Source: Vulcanimicrobiota bacterium (GTDB taxonomy: Bacteria > Vulcanimicrobiota > Vulcanimicrobiia > Vulcanimicrobiales > Vulcanimicrobiaceae). Taken from it: DNA of 64,000 bases. This document shows, piece after piece, positions 31,239 to 42,644 of the stretch (positions within the stretch are counted from its first letter, which is position 1; each line of letters opens with the position of its first letter). The notes below the pieces were generated by a model. It was not told the DNA's origin, did not search any database, and saw nothing but the letters and a program-made list of their open reading frames with translations. The stretch lies in the NCBI GenBank assembly GCA_963714015.1, contig OY970223.1:3392001-3456000 (forward strand). Direction: 5' to 3'. Position numbers and translations under genes: made by a program.

Positions 31239-31344
31239 CCGCGTCACTCTCCCTGGACGCAGCAAAGATGTATTCAATTGTGGTTCGTACACCCGGATTG
31301 CCTAATTATACAGCCGGCAGAAATATGCGCTACAAATCGTTTAC
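31239..31344 (-). promoter_or_regulatory. Cassette A promoter and leader hairpin
   Basis: GTAAACGA-N26-TATAAT and hairpin CTGCGTC/GACGCGG next to the SD; same layout in cassette B. Confidence 0.6.
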
Positions 31345-31407
31345 GCTTCTAAGGCTGAAAACTAGCCAAACTTGGTAAATTTCGCGTTAAACTGCGCATT
31401 GAGTCGG

Positions 31408-32936
31408 CTATCGTACAAGCACTTTGCGCAGTGCCATAGTGCTGCTCACGCCGAACGTTTCGTAGATCGCATCGATCTGCTTCTTGAGCGTGAATTCGCT
31501 GCGGCTAAACCGCCGCGAAAGTTCGTCTATGCCGGCGCCTTCGCACAATGCCATCGCCAGCTGACGCTGCGAATTCGAAAGCTTCGTCATTGTCCCGACT
31601 GCCGCGCCGGCACGGGGCTCAGAGACACCCCGGCAAAGCGCGCTGTTCGGGAAGCTGCGAGCATGCGCAACGGCCATCTCATTCCAGGCGTCGTCTTCAG
31701 TGAGTTCGTACAGCGCCTGGGCTGCGAGCGCCGCGCGGAATTCGTGGTGAATTTGTGAGAAGATCTCGTAGGCCGACTCGAGATGCTTCACCGCGCTGAG
31801 TTTGTTCCCGAGCATTGCCTGAACGCGGCCGGAGGCGTATTTTTCGAGCGCCTGCGTTCGCCGTTGATGCGCGGCGCCCAGCGTCGGGTCGATGCCTTCG
31901 GTTCCCAAACGGATGTACGTGGAGACGTAACGCTGCGCTTGCGCCATTTCGGTGGGCGCGAACATCACTGCCAGCGAGATCAGCGCCATGCGCTCTTCAC
32001 CGATCGTGGCGCCCCACTGCACCGTGCGCGCCAGATTGTGCGCTTGATACACTCTTCGGTCGCCCACGCTTCATTGCCGTTCATTCGCGCCACGTACGCG
32101 CGATCGACGTGGGCCATCACCTTCCAGGCGACCGCCGGAGCGAGATCCTTGGAGTCTTTGAACAGCCACTGAGCGCGCGCAGCGTGGCCTTCCAGGAACG
32201 CTTGCCAGGCCAGGGCGCGTACGCACAAAAATTTGTAGATCTGAAGGTCGGCAGTCCATTCGAACGCGTCGTACAGGGCTTCGCCTTTGGAGACTGCCGC
32301 ACGATCGCCCAGTTCGAAAGCCAGCTCCAGCAGTGCATGCAGCGCGACGCCGACCATTGTGAGATCGCAGCGATAGCCGTCCTGCTCGAACATCCGCAGG
32401 GCGGCGAGCAGTTCGCGAAGCTGCGCGTGGTAATCTTCCAGGCCGGCATACATCCACGACTGGACGACCTTTGCGGAGAATCGAATCGATGGATCGGCAG
32501 CCCGTAAAGCGACGTCGAAAAGACGGTTTTGCGGATCGTAGTTCTTGGTCGACCACAGCAAACGCGCGCGGTTCAGGGCCAGCTGCGATTGCTTCGGATC
32601 GTTCGGGCCGTCCAGAAGCGCCTCGGCAGCTTCGAGCATGTCGCCGGCGCCCTCGAAGTTTCGCGAGTTCGTGTAGGCGCGAGCCGAAGCAATGAAGTAT
32701 CCGAAGCGGCCTTCCGGTGAGCTAAACGCTTCGGAGTGCGCCGCGAGTTCTTGCAAACCCAGAATCGGGTCGCGGTACGTCAGTACCTGCGCTCGCAAGA
32801 GCAATCCTTGCTCGGCGTGCGGATCGGGCCATTCCTCGCACCCGGAGAGGCGCTCTAGCGCTTCATCGCGGCGCGCGCGCCGGTGAGCTTCGAGCGCCGA
32901 CTCCAACAGCTCGGCAGCCTGTATGCCGGTAAACAT
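31408..32936 (-). CDS. TPR-like/LuxR-HTH protein (copy B); 1-nt deletion near 32051
   Basis: Close paralog of 28674-30215; frame break at WATEE(L)YQAH. Confidence 0.75.
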
Positions 32937-32966
32937 CAGCTTTGAATCCCTTAAGAGATCGCGCGC

Positions 32967-33941
32967 TTAGTCCTGAATGTTTCCGGCTTTTGCTTCTTGT
33001 CCGCCTGTAACGGTAACGGACGGTCCGGCGATCACGTTCTGACTCGACGACGAACTGGACTGGAACGTGCGTCCGGTGGCGTTGGTGTAGTTGTTATAGA
33101 CCTGGAGCGTGTACGTTCCCTCAGGAAGCGTCTGCAGTTCGAAGTTCCCGCGAGAATCGGTCGACCCGGTGTTGCCGATGGAACCATCCGCTGCGTAGGC
33201 GACGACGACTGCATTGCTGATGCCGGTTCTCGAATTGCTGCTGTCGACCACGCGCCCGTTGATGGATCCCGATTCGTCGACGGGAGCGACGAACATCGCG
33301 GGGACTGAGACAAGACCGCCTTGCGTCCAGAGATCGAGCGATTCAAAGGCGTTGAAATCGACCCGCACGGCGTTGTGTTCGTCTTGCGGTATCGAGAACG
33401 GCTGGCTGATGACGATGTCGACGGCGCCGTTTCCGTCAGGCGTCGTGGTCGTGGTCGAGCCGGCGCCCACGGTGCTGAACGTCGGCGTATTCGTCAGGAA
33501 GTTGAGCGGCATCGTCGTTCCTCCCTTGAAAACGCCGTCGCTGGCGGCCAGACTTACGACGAGGCGGAGCTGGTCGTACTGCGTTCGCGCGACGTGCGCG
33601 TTCGCGACGAGCTGGCCGTTGTCATCATTGAATTGCAGCACGTTGACGACTAACGGTTTGTCGAACTTGGAAAGGACCGTCGTTTGTCCGTTTTGGATGG
33701 CGTCGACTTCCTCTAGACCCAGATTCAACTTCTCGAGCGTGTGCCCGTACAGATTCGGCGACGCGTCGCCGAGCAAAACCTGCATCGAGGCCGCGCTCGG
33801 GCCTATTCCGCCGTAGACGCCCTGCGGCACGATGTACCGCGAGCCACGGGCTTCGGGAATCGATGATTGACCGGTGTGCGAACACGCGGGCAACACGATT
33901 GCAAAAAGCGAAACCAAAGCCGTTGTAAACAGTCTCTTCAA
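32967..33941 (-). CDS. DUF4382-like lipoprotein (copy B)
   Basis: TTG start after GGAGG; lipobox LPAC; paralog of 30244-31227. Confidence 0.75.
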   Translation of the reverse strand: MKRLFTTALVSLFAIVLPACSHTGQSSIPEARGSRYIVPQGVYGGIGPSAASMQVLLGDASPNLYGHTLEKLNLGLEEVDAIQNGQTTVLSKFDKPLVVNVLQFNDDNGQLVANAHVARTQYDQLRLVVSLAASDGVFKGGTTMPLNFLTNTPTFSTVGAGSTTTTTPDGNGAVDIVISQPFSIPQDEHNAVRVDFNAFESLDLWTQGGLVSVPAMFVAPVDESGSINGRVVDSSNSRTGISNAVVVAYAADGSIGNTGSTDSRGNFELQTLPEGTYTLQVYNNYTNATGRTFQSSSSSSQNVIAGPSVTVTGGQEAKAGNIQD

Positions 33942-33952
33942 CGCCGTTTCCT

Positions 33953-34061
33953 CCGCGCCGCTCTCCCTTGGGCGCAGCATGATACAAGTTTTCTCTAACC
34001 GCGAATTTCGCGATACAAGTAATTATACGGGAGGTTAAGCGTAAGGCCAGGATTCGTTTAC
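33953..34061 (-). promoter_or_regulatory. Cassette B promoter and leader hairpin
   Basis: GTAAACGA-N26-TATAAT; hairpin CTGCGCC/GGCGCGG. Confidence 0.6.
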
Positions 34062-34156
34062 GGTTAATGGACTGTAAACAAGCCGAAACGCGTTAAGTTC
34101 GTGTAAATCAGCGGCAGGCTTTACCGATTCAAAACATTCGAATGGTGCGCAGCCGC

Positions 34157-34180
34157 GACATCTGGACATCTGGACATCTG
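34157..34180. repeat. (GACATCTG)x3 tandem repeat at the tRNA 3' end
   Basis: Read directly from the sequence. Confidence 0.85.
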
Positions 34181-34269
34181 GAGGAGAGGGTGGGATTCGA
34201 ACCCACGGAAGGCTCATCACCTTCTGCGGTTTTCAAGACCGCTGCATTAAACCGCTCTGCCACCTCTCC
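34179..34269 (-). tRNA. tRNA-Ser(TGA)
   Basis: GGAGAGG acceptor stem, anticodon loop CTTGAAA, long variable arm, GGTTCGAATCC, encoded CCA. Confidence 0.97.
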
Positions 34270-34410
34270 ACGCTTCGCAAACCCTCATTTATCGATGTTT
34301 CCCGAATATCGTCCCGAGACCGGAAGGCTCGCTCGCGGCGATTTGGTCACATTTGGTGACGAACGGAGGGGCGCCCTCCATTTGAAACCGAGTCACGTCC
34401 CCTGCAGCGT

Positions 34411-36546
34411 TTACCACGACGACGACGCCGCTGCCCCATTAAGAAGACCTATGGTGTTGCCGGAAACGAACCACATGCGGCAATCGGGGCCTGTTGCAAG
34501 AGCGTCGATCGGCTTTTCCGTTCGGTATGTCACCGGTGTGTGACCGGCTCGAAAGCGAACGACTACGGGTACGCGTTCGCTGACGTAGACACTGCCGTCG
34601 CATGCTGCAGCGACGCCCTGCGCCGAGAGATCGGCATCCGGTAAAGCAAAGCGCTGCGTTACACGGCGGGGTGTTACACGCAACACTTGCATGCGATTCG
34701 AATACCATATGTCAGCGCCGGACGCGGGAAGGAGTATTGGAGCCCCGCCAACGTCGTTGGGCACCGGAGGGACGGAAAAGCGTTTGATGGCTCCCCCCGG
34801 TGTTACTCGGAGCAGCGTATGGTACGCAACTTCCCAAAGCGAGCCGTCACGCGCGCCGGTCAGCGCGAGCGGTTCACCCAGGCCTGCCGGCAATGCAATA
34901 ACGCGCGTGCCGTCGATGCGCGCAACTTGCGGTCTGCTGCCGCCGCGCGCGAACCAAACGTTTCCGCCGGCATCGACCGCGATCTGCAGCGTCTGCACTG
35001 CCACGCCTGACGGCAAAAACCGCTGCGCGCGCTTTACGCCATTGCGTGTCACCGATACGACGACGCCGTCGTTGTTCTCGAACCATAGCGTCCCGCGACG
35101 ATCCTCGAGCAGCTGCAATCCCGTCGTCGCTTTTGTAAGCACCCGGGTGTACGTTAGGCGCCCATTGGCGGATACACGGGTAACGCCCTCATTGCGGCCA
35201 TAGTAATCGCGACCACTCGAGATGATGGCTTCGCCGTTGGGTTCGGGCACGATGCAATCAACACACCATTGCTCCATGATCTCTGCGATGGTGCGCAGAT
35301 GAAGGTAATGCAAAGGTCTTGCAGGTGGTAGATGCAGCCGCACTTCGCGTATGCTCGGTTCGTGGAACAGCAACGCTTCTTCACCATCGCGGTTCTCGCA
35401 AAAAACCGAAATCCAGCCGGTCCAGACCGAAAGGCTCACGGGAGCCGCGCAGTCAATGGCACCAACGCGGCGAGCGCCTTCACGGTCAAACCTCACGAGA
35501 TCGTGGCCAGCCACCGCATAAACGATTCCATGGGAATCCGTGACCATAGCAGCTGGTGGATTTAGCGCAAATGGTCGATACAGAAGGCGATCGGGCAAGC
35601 TGGTGGCAAGGCCGAGCTTACCGGCGCGAGTCGCGAGCATCGCTCCGGAGGGCAGTGAAGCAAGGAAGTTTGTGCCGTCGATTCGCCAGTGCGGCGAGTC
35701 GTTGCGCGCGTCATAACGGTACCAGCGCCCGTTCACTAAAACGTAGGCATATCCGCCATTCACGAGGGCAGAACCGTGAACGCTGGTATTCGGCGAAATG
35801 TTCAGTTGGCGATCGGGAGCAAATTTCGAAGACCAGAGCGTTTTGCCATCCGAAAGGCGAATGGCGCTAATCATCATCGGATCATAGATGTCGGGAGTGT
35901 GTTCCAACCAAGTGCTGTCGACGACTACTCTGTCCCGATCGATTGCGAGGATGCCGTTCGATCCCGTATACCAACGCAGTCGTCCATTGCCTACATCGAA
36001 GGCAAATAGGAACTGCTCAATCGTCGCGCCGTCTTCGGTGACGTGTTGAAGAATCAAGCGGTCGTCATACACCGGAGTTCCCGTAGCGCTTCCGTCCATT
36101 GCAAATGATTGCCACAACTGCTTGCCGGTAGTGAGATCAAATGCCTCGAAGTCGCCCACGCCAGTGCTTCCCAAGAGGATGCCCGCTGCGACGCCTTCGG
36201 GGTTGAACGTTGATGAAACAGTGCGGCGCCACACGACGCGTCCATTGAGTAAATCGTACGCGCCGATATCGCCATGCAACCTGAACACAGCAAAGCCTGA
36301 ACCGCTTTTTACCGGGTCGACGCCCAGATTCGGCAAACGACGCCGGATCGCCGGCCGCAGCGATGTTCCAACAATTGTCAGCGGCGGACCCGTCACTACC
36401 GGCAGCACCCGTCCTTGAGACGTTGATAGGACGGAATGCAAAACATTGGGAGGCGCAACGGCGGTTGTTAGGGACGATGCAACGCGCTGTAGGCATCCCG
36501 TCGTGGCAATGAGGACCGCTGCGACCGCAAGAATCGCCTTTAACAT
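34411..36546 (-). CDS. Lipoprotein with PQQ-like beta-propeller and Vgb-like repeats
   Basis: Lipobox TTGC; AFDLTTGKQLW-type repeats; DAGGNVWF and GPDCRMWF repeats. Confidence 0.7.
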   Translation of the reverse strand: MLKAILAVAAVLIATTGCLQRVASSLTTAVAPPNVLHSVLSTSQGRVLPVVTGPPLTIVGTSLRPAIRRRLPNLGVDPVKSGSGFAVFRLHGDIGAYDLLNGRVVWRRTVSSTFNPEGVAAGILLGSTGVGDFEAFDLTTGKQLWQSFAMDGSATGTPVYDDRLILQHVTEDGATIEQFLFAFDVGNGRLRWYTGSNGILAIDRDRVVVDSTWLEHTPDIYDPMMISAIRLSDGKTLWSSKFAPDRQLNISPNTSVHGSALVNGGYAYVLVNGRWYRYDARNDSPHWRIDGTNFLASLPSGAMLATRAGKLGLATSLPDRLLYRPFALNPPAAMVTDSHGIVYAVAGHDLVRFDREGARRVGAIDCAAPVSLSVWTGWISVFCENRDGEEALLFHEPSIREVRLHLPPARPLHYLHLRTIAEIMEQWCVDCIVPEPNGEAIISSGRDYYGRNEGVTRVSANGRLTYTRVLTKATTGLQLLEDRRGTLWFENNDGVVVSVTRNGVKRAQRFLPSGVAVQTLQIAVDAGGNVWFARGGSRPQVARIDGTRVIALPAGLGEPLALTGARDGSLWEVAYHTLLRVTPGGAIKRFSVPPVPNDVGGAPILLPASGADIWYSNRMQVLRVTPRRVTQRFALPDADLSAQGVAAACDGSVYVSERVPVVVRFRAGHTPVTYRTEKPIDALATGPDCRMWFVSGNTIGLLNGAAASSSW

Positions 36547-36750
36547 TGTGGAAATTGCTCGCAAAAAGAGCGCATTTAACTGCGCGCCTGCCGTAGCGCA
36601 CGCACCGATTCGGCGCGCGTGGTACGCCATAGCATTTGTATCACGGTTTGGTAACGGAATGCGTCACGGCTGGTCCTCGCAAGTCCTAACGCTCCTACAA
36701 TCGAGCGTAAATCGCGGTTTGCGTAGATTCGTTAAGACGGCAGCAAGTGA

Positions 36751-36789
36751 TTTCAAGACCGCTGCATTAAACCACTCTGCCACCTCTCC
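36751..36789 (-). repeat. Duplicated 5' half of tRNA-Ser (att-like site)
   Basis: 38/39 identical to 34231-34269; ends in the anticodon loop. Confidence 0.9.
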
Positions 36790-36908
36790 GAGTACCCGCA
36801 AGTGCTTATTCTATGCGGGTGTCTACATCTAGCCCTTTCTCACAAGATCAAGGGCATGAGTGTTGACGCCGGGCGAAAATTGACCCACTTTCCTAGCGGA
36901 TCGCCGGT

Positions 36909-38719
<1,811 letters not shown>

Positions 38720-38799
38720 CGCGAACTAGTGTTCGCGCAGAGTCAGGTGGGTCAATTTTCATCCGGCGGGGTGGGTCAATTTTACTCCGGCGCTAACAG

Positions 38800-39475
38800 C
38801 ACTGCAAGATCTCGATTACTATCCAATAAGATAACCATCAATGCGGGTGACACGATCGCCTACTACGTCCTGAGCGGTGGGGGCAGCGATGCGCACACCG
38901 TTTCATTCGTCCCACCCGGACAAAAGATGCCTTCACCGCTCGATCCGAAAGATCTCGTGCCGACCGGAGGGACCACGATCGATGGAAACAAGTTCGTCAA
39001 TTCGGGCATACTTACGGGGGGCCAAACATTCACACTGCTTTTTCCAAAGGCAGGAACGTATCGTATTCTCTGCTTGTTCCATGAACCGGCAATGGAAACG
39101 ACGGCCGTCGTCCAGAGGGCGGGGGTAGCGTATCCGCACGACGCCCAGTACTATCGCGAGACCGGAAATGCGGAAAAGTGGCGAGATTTGGCCGCTGCGG
39201 AGTCTCTCGGTTTCGTCGTTCCCATTCAAAACCGGCGGCACGACGCTTGCGGCTGGAATCGATCCGCAGCTCGTGCAGTATCCTCCGCACGATTCGACGG
39301 TGCTGCGGTTTGTCAACACGAAGAATGCTCAAGAACTAGGGAGGTCGGGCAACTTAACGATCGAGGTGGGAACCGTTGTTTCGTTTGTCAACGAGACGTC
39401 GAACGAGCCGCACACGGTGACGTTGCCGAAAGCAGGGCAGAAGCATTTGCCGAACATTCCGCCCGATCCGCCCAC
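38800..39475 (+). pseudogene. Truncated two-domain cupredoxin-like protein
   Basis: TINAGDT, AHTVSF, AGTYRILCLFHEPAM, then EPHTVT in another frame; cut at both ends. Confidence 0.65.
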
Positions 39476-39479
39476 TGAG

Positions 39480-39800
39480 CGTACTGTTCGCGTGCTGTGT
39501 CCCAGGAGTAACTGCACCTCTTTAATCGGTCGTCCGTCCGCGAGCGTCAGGATGCAAACGCATGCCGTAGGTCATGGAATCGGAAGCTCTTCACGCCGAC
39601 GCTCTTGGCAAGTTCTGCGAACTGCACTGTGAACGTATCGGGAAGTCACGGTTTACCGTCAGGATTGCAGAACACGAGGTCATTGTCCGCGTAGAACGGT
39701 GCGCGCTCCTTCGCCTCGTCCTGCGCGTCTGGGTGAGTCCGTAGCATGTCCACTGCTTCGGGTGCGATTGGAACGAAACGACGTGACGTACCGGCGGCGT
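39480..39800 (-). pseudogene. Tyrosine integrase C-terminal remnant 1
   Basis: Manual translation SRRFVPI...DNDLVFCNPDGKP*..FRFHDLRHAFAS / EVQLLLGHS. Confidence 0.8.
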
Positions 39801-39815
39801 ACGTCAGACTTCCGT

Positions 39816-40193
39816 CTAATGCGATAAGTTGACTTGTAGGAAGTACTCGCCGTCTACAGGCTTACAGTTCACCATCTTTGGAATGAAGTGCAAAGACTTA
39901 GCCGCATTCAGCACGTCTTGCCCTTTCGAGATGTTCACGGATCCGTCTGAGCTGCCATCAACGCGGAGCCCGGTTTCCTTTCCGTCTGCCGAGACTTCTA
40001 TCACGAATTTGGCCCCCGTAGCGGTTCCGGATCCAAAATCTTGCATAATGGCAGCGTTAAAGTTCTCGAACGCGTCGTCGTCCGCAACCTTGGGATCGGC
40101 CACCGGAATTGTACAAGCCGTGGGAGCCGGAGCCGGCGAATCGGGAACGTCGCTAACGGCGAGAATTGCGGAAACGATAAACGGAATCAGCAT
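39816..40193 (-). CDS. Secreted TonB C-terminal-like protein
   Basis: Signal peptide, Pro-rich linker, IEVSADG...AAKSLHFIPKMVNCKPV. Confidence 0.55.
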   Translation of the reverse strand: MLIPFIVSAILAVSDVPDSPAPAPTACTIPVADPKVADDDAFENFNAAIMQDFGSGTATGAKFVIEVSADGKETGLRVDGSSDGSVNISKGQDVLNAAKSLHFIPKMVNCKPVDGEYFLQVNLSH

Positions 40194-40739
40194 TTGAATT
40201 CCTTCCGGTTATGCGCGATACTTCGTGGACCTAGGGCAGAGCCCGGCCTTCTTCAGGCGCAACGATGTACCTCTCTCGCGGCCATTTGGTGAAGAACGCT
40301 TCACCGTGCAGGGCCAGTCGACGAATCCTCGCGGCGGCAAATCATCAAATAACTCGTTGTCGATAGACTCCTTTGATCTTGCTGCAGGACGACGAATTCG
40401 ACAATGTCCATATTCCAATCAACGTAAGAAGATTTCAGATCGTGACTCCAGGCGATATTTTACCGCTGAAGCCCCGTGGCATGTCGACGACGACGAGACG
40501 CCGACATTAAATTCCGGACTTTTTCTCTACCAACGCGCAAGAGCACGAAACGTAAAACATAACGACCGGATTCGTATTGAACCAAGAACTTGCTCGGGAA
40601 GTTTCTTGACAGAGCATTTGGATGGGCGGTGGGGACGCTTGTCCCGGATTGTTGAGAGCAGACTACTCGCCTTCGATTTTCTCGGCGGTTGCGCGCCGTG
40701 TAACGATTGGTCCGACAGTGGGCCGCTGACATTTTTCAA

Positions 40740-40885
40740 TACCGTCCCGCGAATGCGCGACGCAGATCATGGAAGCGAAAGCCCGCCCCAAGGTTTTGGC
40801 GAGCTCTGCAGACTGCTTCGTGAGCATATCCGGCGGCCACGGGGATCCATTGCGATTGCAAAAAACCAGATCGTTGTCTGGTAAG
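40740..40885 (-). pseudogene. Tyrosine integrase remnant 2
   Basis: DNDLVFCNRNGSPWPPD..KQSAELAK / GFRFHDLRRAFA, homologous to remnant 1. Confidence 0.75.
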
Positions 40886-40898
40886 GCCGCCCCGCCGG

Positions 40899-41471
40899 AC
40901 GCTGATCGATCGTAGAGTTTCGGCTGAGTTGCTTTTCGTCGCGGCTAGCCGCTCTGAGTGAGAGCTGGACGTCATCGTACCGCGATGGGCGCTCGAGCAC
41001 GCGGACGACCTGGCTGCACACATCTCCGAACGAATCTCGCTGAAGACAACAACGCAAACGTTCGGTGAGATTTTGGAGCGAACGGGCGGCAAGGAGACGA
41101 TCCGCGTGCGCAATATCGAGGCGCAGCGTGAAGCCTTGCCGCTGGGTCGTCTGTACGAAGCCGACGTCGCAGAACCGTTCCGCACGCGCGCCCGCCGCAA
41201 GAGAGAGATTGTGGATTCTGCGTTGGCGTTCGAGGAACGCCTCGAAGCCGGCCGCGATGCGCTATGCGAAATCCGGAGACCGGTTACGGCCGCCTATCGG
41301 AAGCTCCGGTCCCAACCTTTCGGCGAGCTTCACGAGCGGGAGGAGCGGCAAGAGAGGGCGAGTCTACCGGCTGAGCGCTGGGAGCAGTCAGTCGAGCGAG
41401 AAACAGGCGAGGGGATCCGTCGTTCGTGCGGGCGAGGAACTGGTGCAGTCTGGCGTCCCGTTGGGCGGTAA
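40899..41471 (+). pseudogene. Relaxase-helicase (TraA/TrwC-like) C-terminal remnant
   Basis: TLIDRRVSAELLFVAASRSE*ELDV...ISLKTTT resembles SF1 helicase motif VI and the TraA tail. Confidence 0.5.
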
Positions 41472-41502
41472 GGCGGTGTTCCGAGTGGCTCTTGTGAGGG
41501 GT

Positions 41503-41588
41503 TGTTCACATATACATGTCCTTTTTCTATTGATTTGTTCATATATACATGTTATTTTAGAGCCCGTCAGGACACGTATACATGAACA
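41503..41588 (+). promoter_or_regulatory. Three operator repeats and promoter of the mobile mystery operon
   Basis: TGTTCAYRTATACRTGTY at 41503, 41536 and inverted at 41571; TTGATT-N17-TATTTT. Confidence 0.7.
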
Positions 41589-42061
41589 AAAAACATACTT
41601 CCCTTGCCCGTAAGCAATTGGAACGGCGCCTGGCCCCTCTCCGGGCTATGGTGCTCGATGCTCCTCCAAAAGGCTGGATCAAGGCCATTCGGGAGTCCCT
41701 AGGTATGACTGCCCGCCAACTTGCCTCTCGCATGGGCGTGGCGCCCTCGCGTATCCCAGCCATCGAGAAAGCGGAGGTTACCGGTGCAACCGAGTTGAGG
41801 ACACTGCGGCAGGCTGCCGCAGCGATGAACTGTGCCCTTGTTTATGCCTTTGTGCCGATCGAGCCACTCGACGACATCCTGCGCGATCGCGCGATGCAAA
41901 AGGCACGGAAGGGCGTCGCGCGCCTGGATCACACGATGCGCCTCGAAAATCAGGCACTCCTCAAATCAGATCTCGACGCCGCACGGCAACGCGCTATCGA
42001 CCTCATCCTGTCCGGCTCACTGCGTGGCCTGTGGGACGATGAAGCGGATCAGCATGCCTGA
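41582..42061 (+). CDS. Mobile mystery protein A (XRE HTH)
   Basis: PPKGWIKAIRESLGMT..QLA.RMGV, HTMRLENQ. Confidence 0.92.
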   Translation: MNKKHTSLARKQLERRLAPLRAMVLDAPPKGWIKAIRESLGMTARQLASRMGVAPSRIPAIEKAEVTGATELRTLRQAAAAMNCALVYAFVPIEPLDDILRDRAMQKARKGVARLDHTMRLENQALLKSDLDAARQRAIDLILSGSLRGLWDDEADQHA

Positions 42062-42644
42062 TCCCCTGTTCGTTCGTGACGACGACGCCAACACGCCTCT
42101 CACCGGCGAGGAGCGCGAAGCGCTCATCCTGTCCTATATCACGTTGCGACACGAGTTGAACGAAGCAGAGCAGGTCAATATCGATGCGGCTCAACGCTGG
42201 GCCGAATCCCGCAGACGCGATATTCTCGATCGAGCGTTTCTAAGCGAACTGCACCAACGGATGTTCGGCGAAGTATGGCATTGGGCAGGGCAATATCGTA
42301 AGACTCCCCGCAATATCGGCGTCGAGGCCCATAGAATAGTCACGGAAGTGCAACAAGCCGTCGACGATGCACGATACTGGGTCGAACACGCCACCTATCC
42401 GCCGGACGAGATCGCGGTGCGCTTCAGTCACCGACTCGTTTACATTCATCCTTTTCCGAATGGAAACGGGCGCTTTTCGCGTCTTGTCGGCGATCTTCTC
42501 GCGCGTCAGCTCGGGCGGCCGCCCTTCACGTGGGGACGAGCAAACCTGGTCGATGCTGGGCTGACCCGGGCGCGATACGTTGAGACTCTACAGGCTGCCG
42601 ACAATCACGACGTTGGGCCGCTACTGCTTTTTGCCCGCTCTTAG
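42054..42644 (+). CDS. Mobile mystery protein B (Fic domain)
   Basis: ELNEAEQ.NI, HPFPNGNGR, FARS C-terminus. Confidence 0.92.
   Translation: MPDPLFVRDDDANTPLTGEEREALILSYITLRHELNEAEQVNIDAAQRWAESRRRDILDRAFLSELHQRMFGEVWHWAGQYRKTPRNIGVEAHRIVTEVQQAVDDARYWVEHATYPPDEIAVRFSHRLVYIHPFPNGNGRFSRLVGDLLARQLGRPPFTWGRANLVDAGLTRARYVETLQAADNHDVGPLLLFARS

Noticed and set aside
40225..40884. 219-aa + strand ORF in the island
   Set aside because: It has no recognisable motif, atypical composition, and overlaps an integrase remnant on the other strand.
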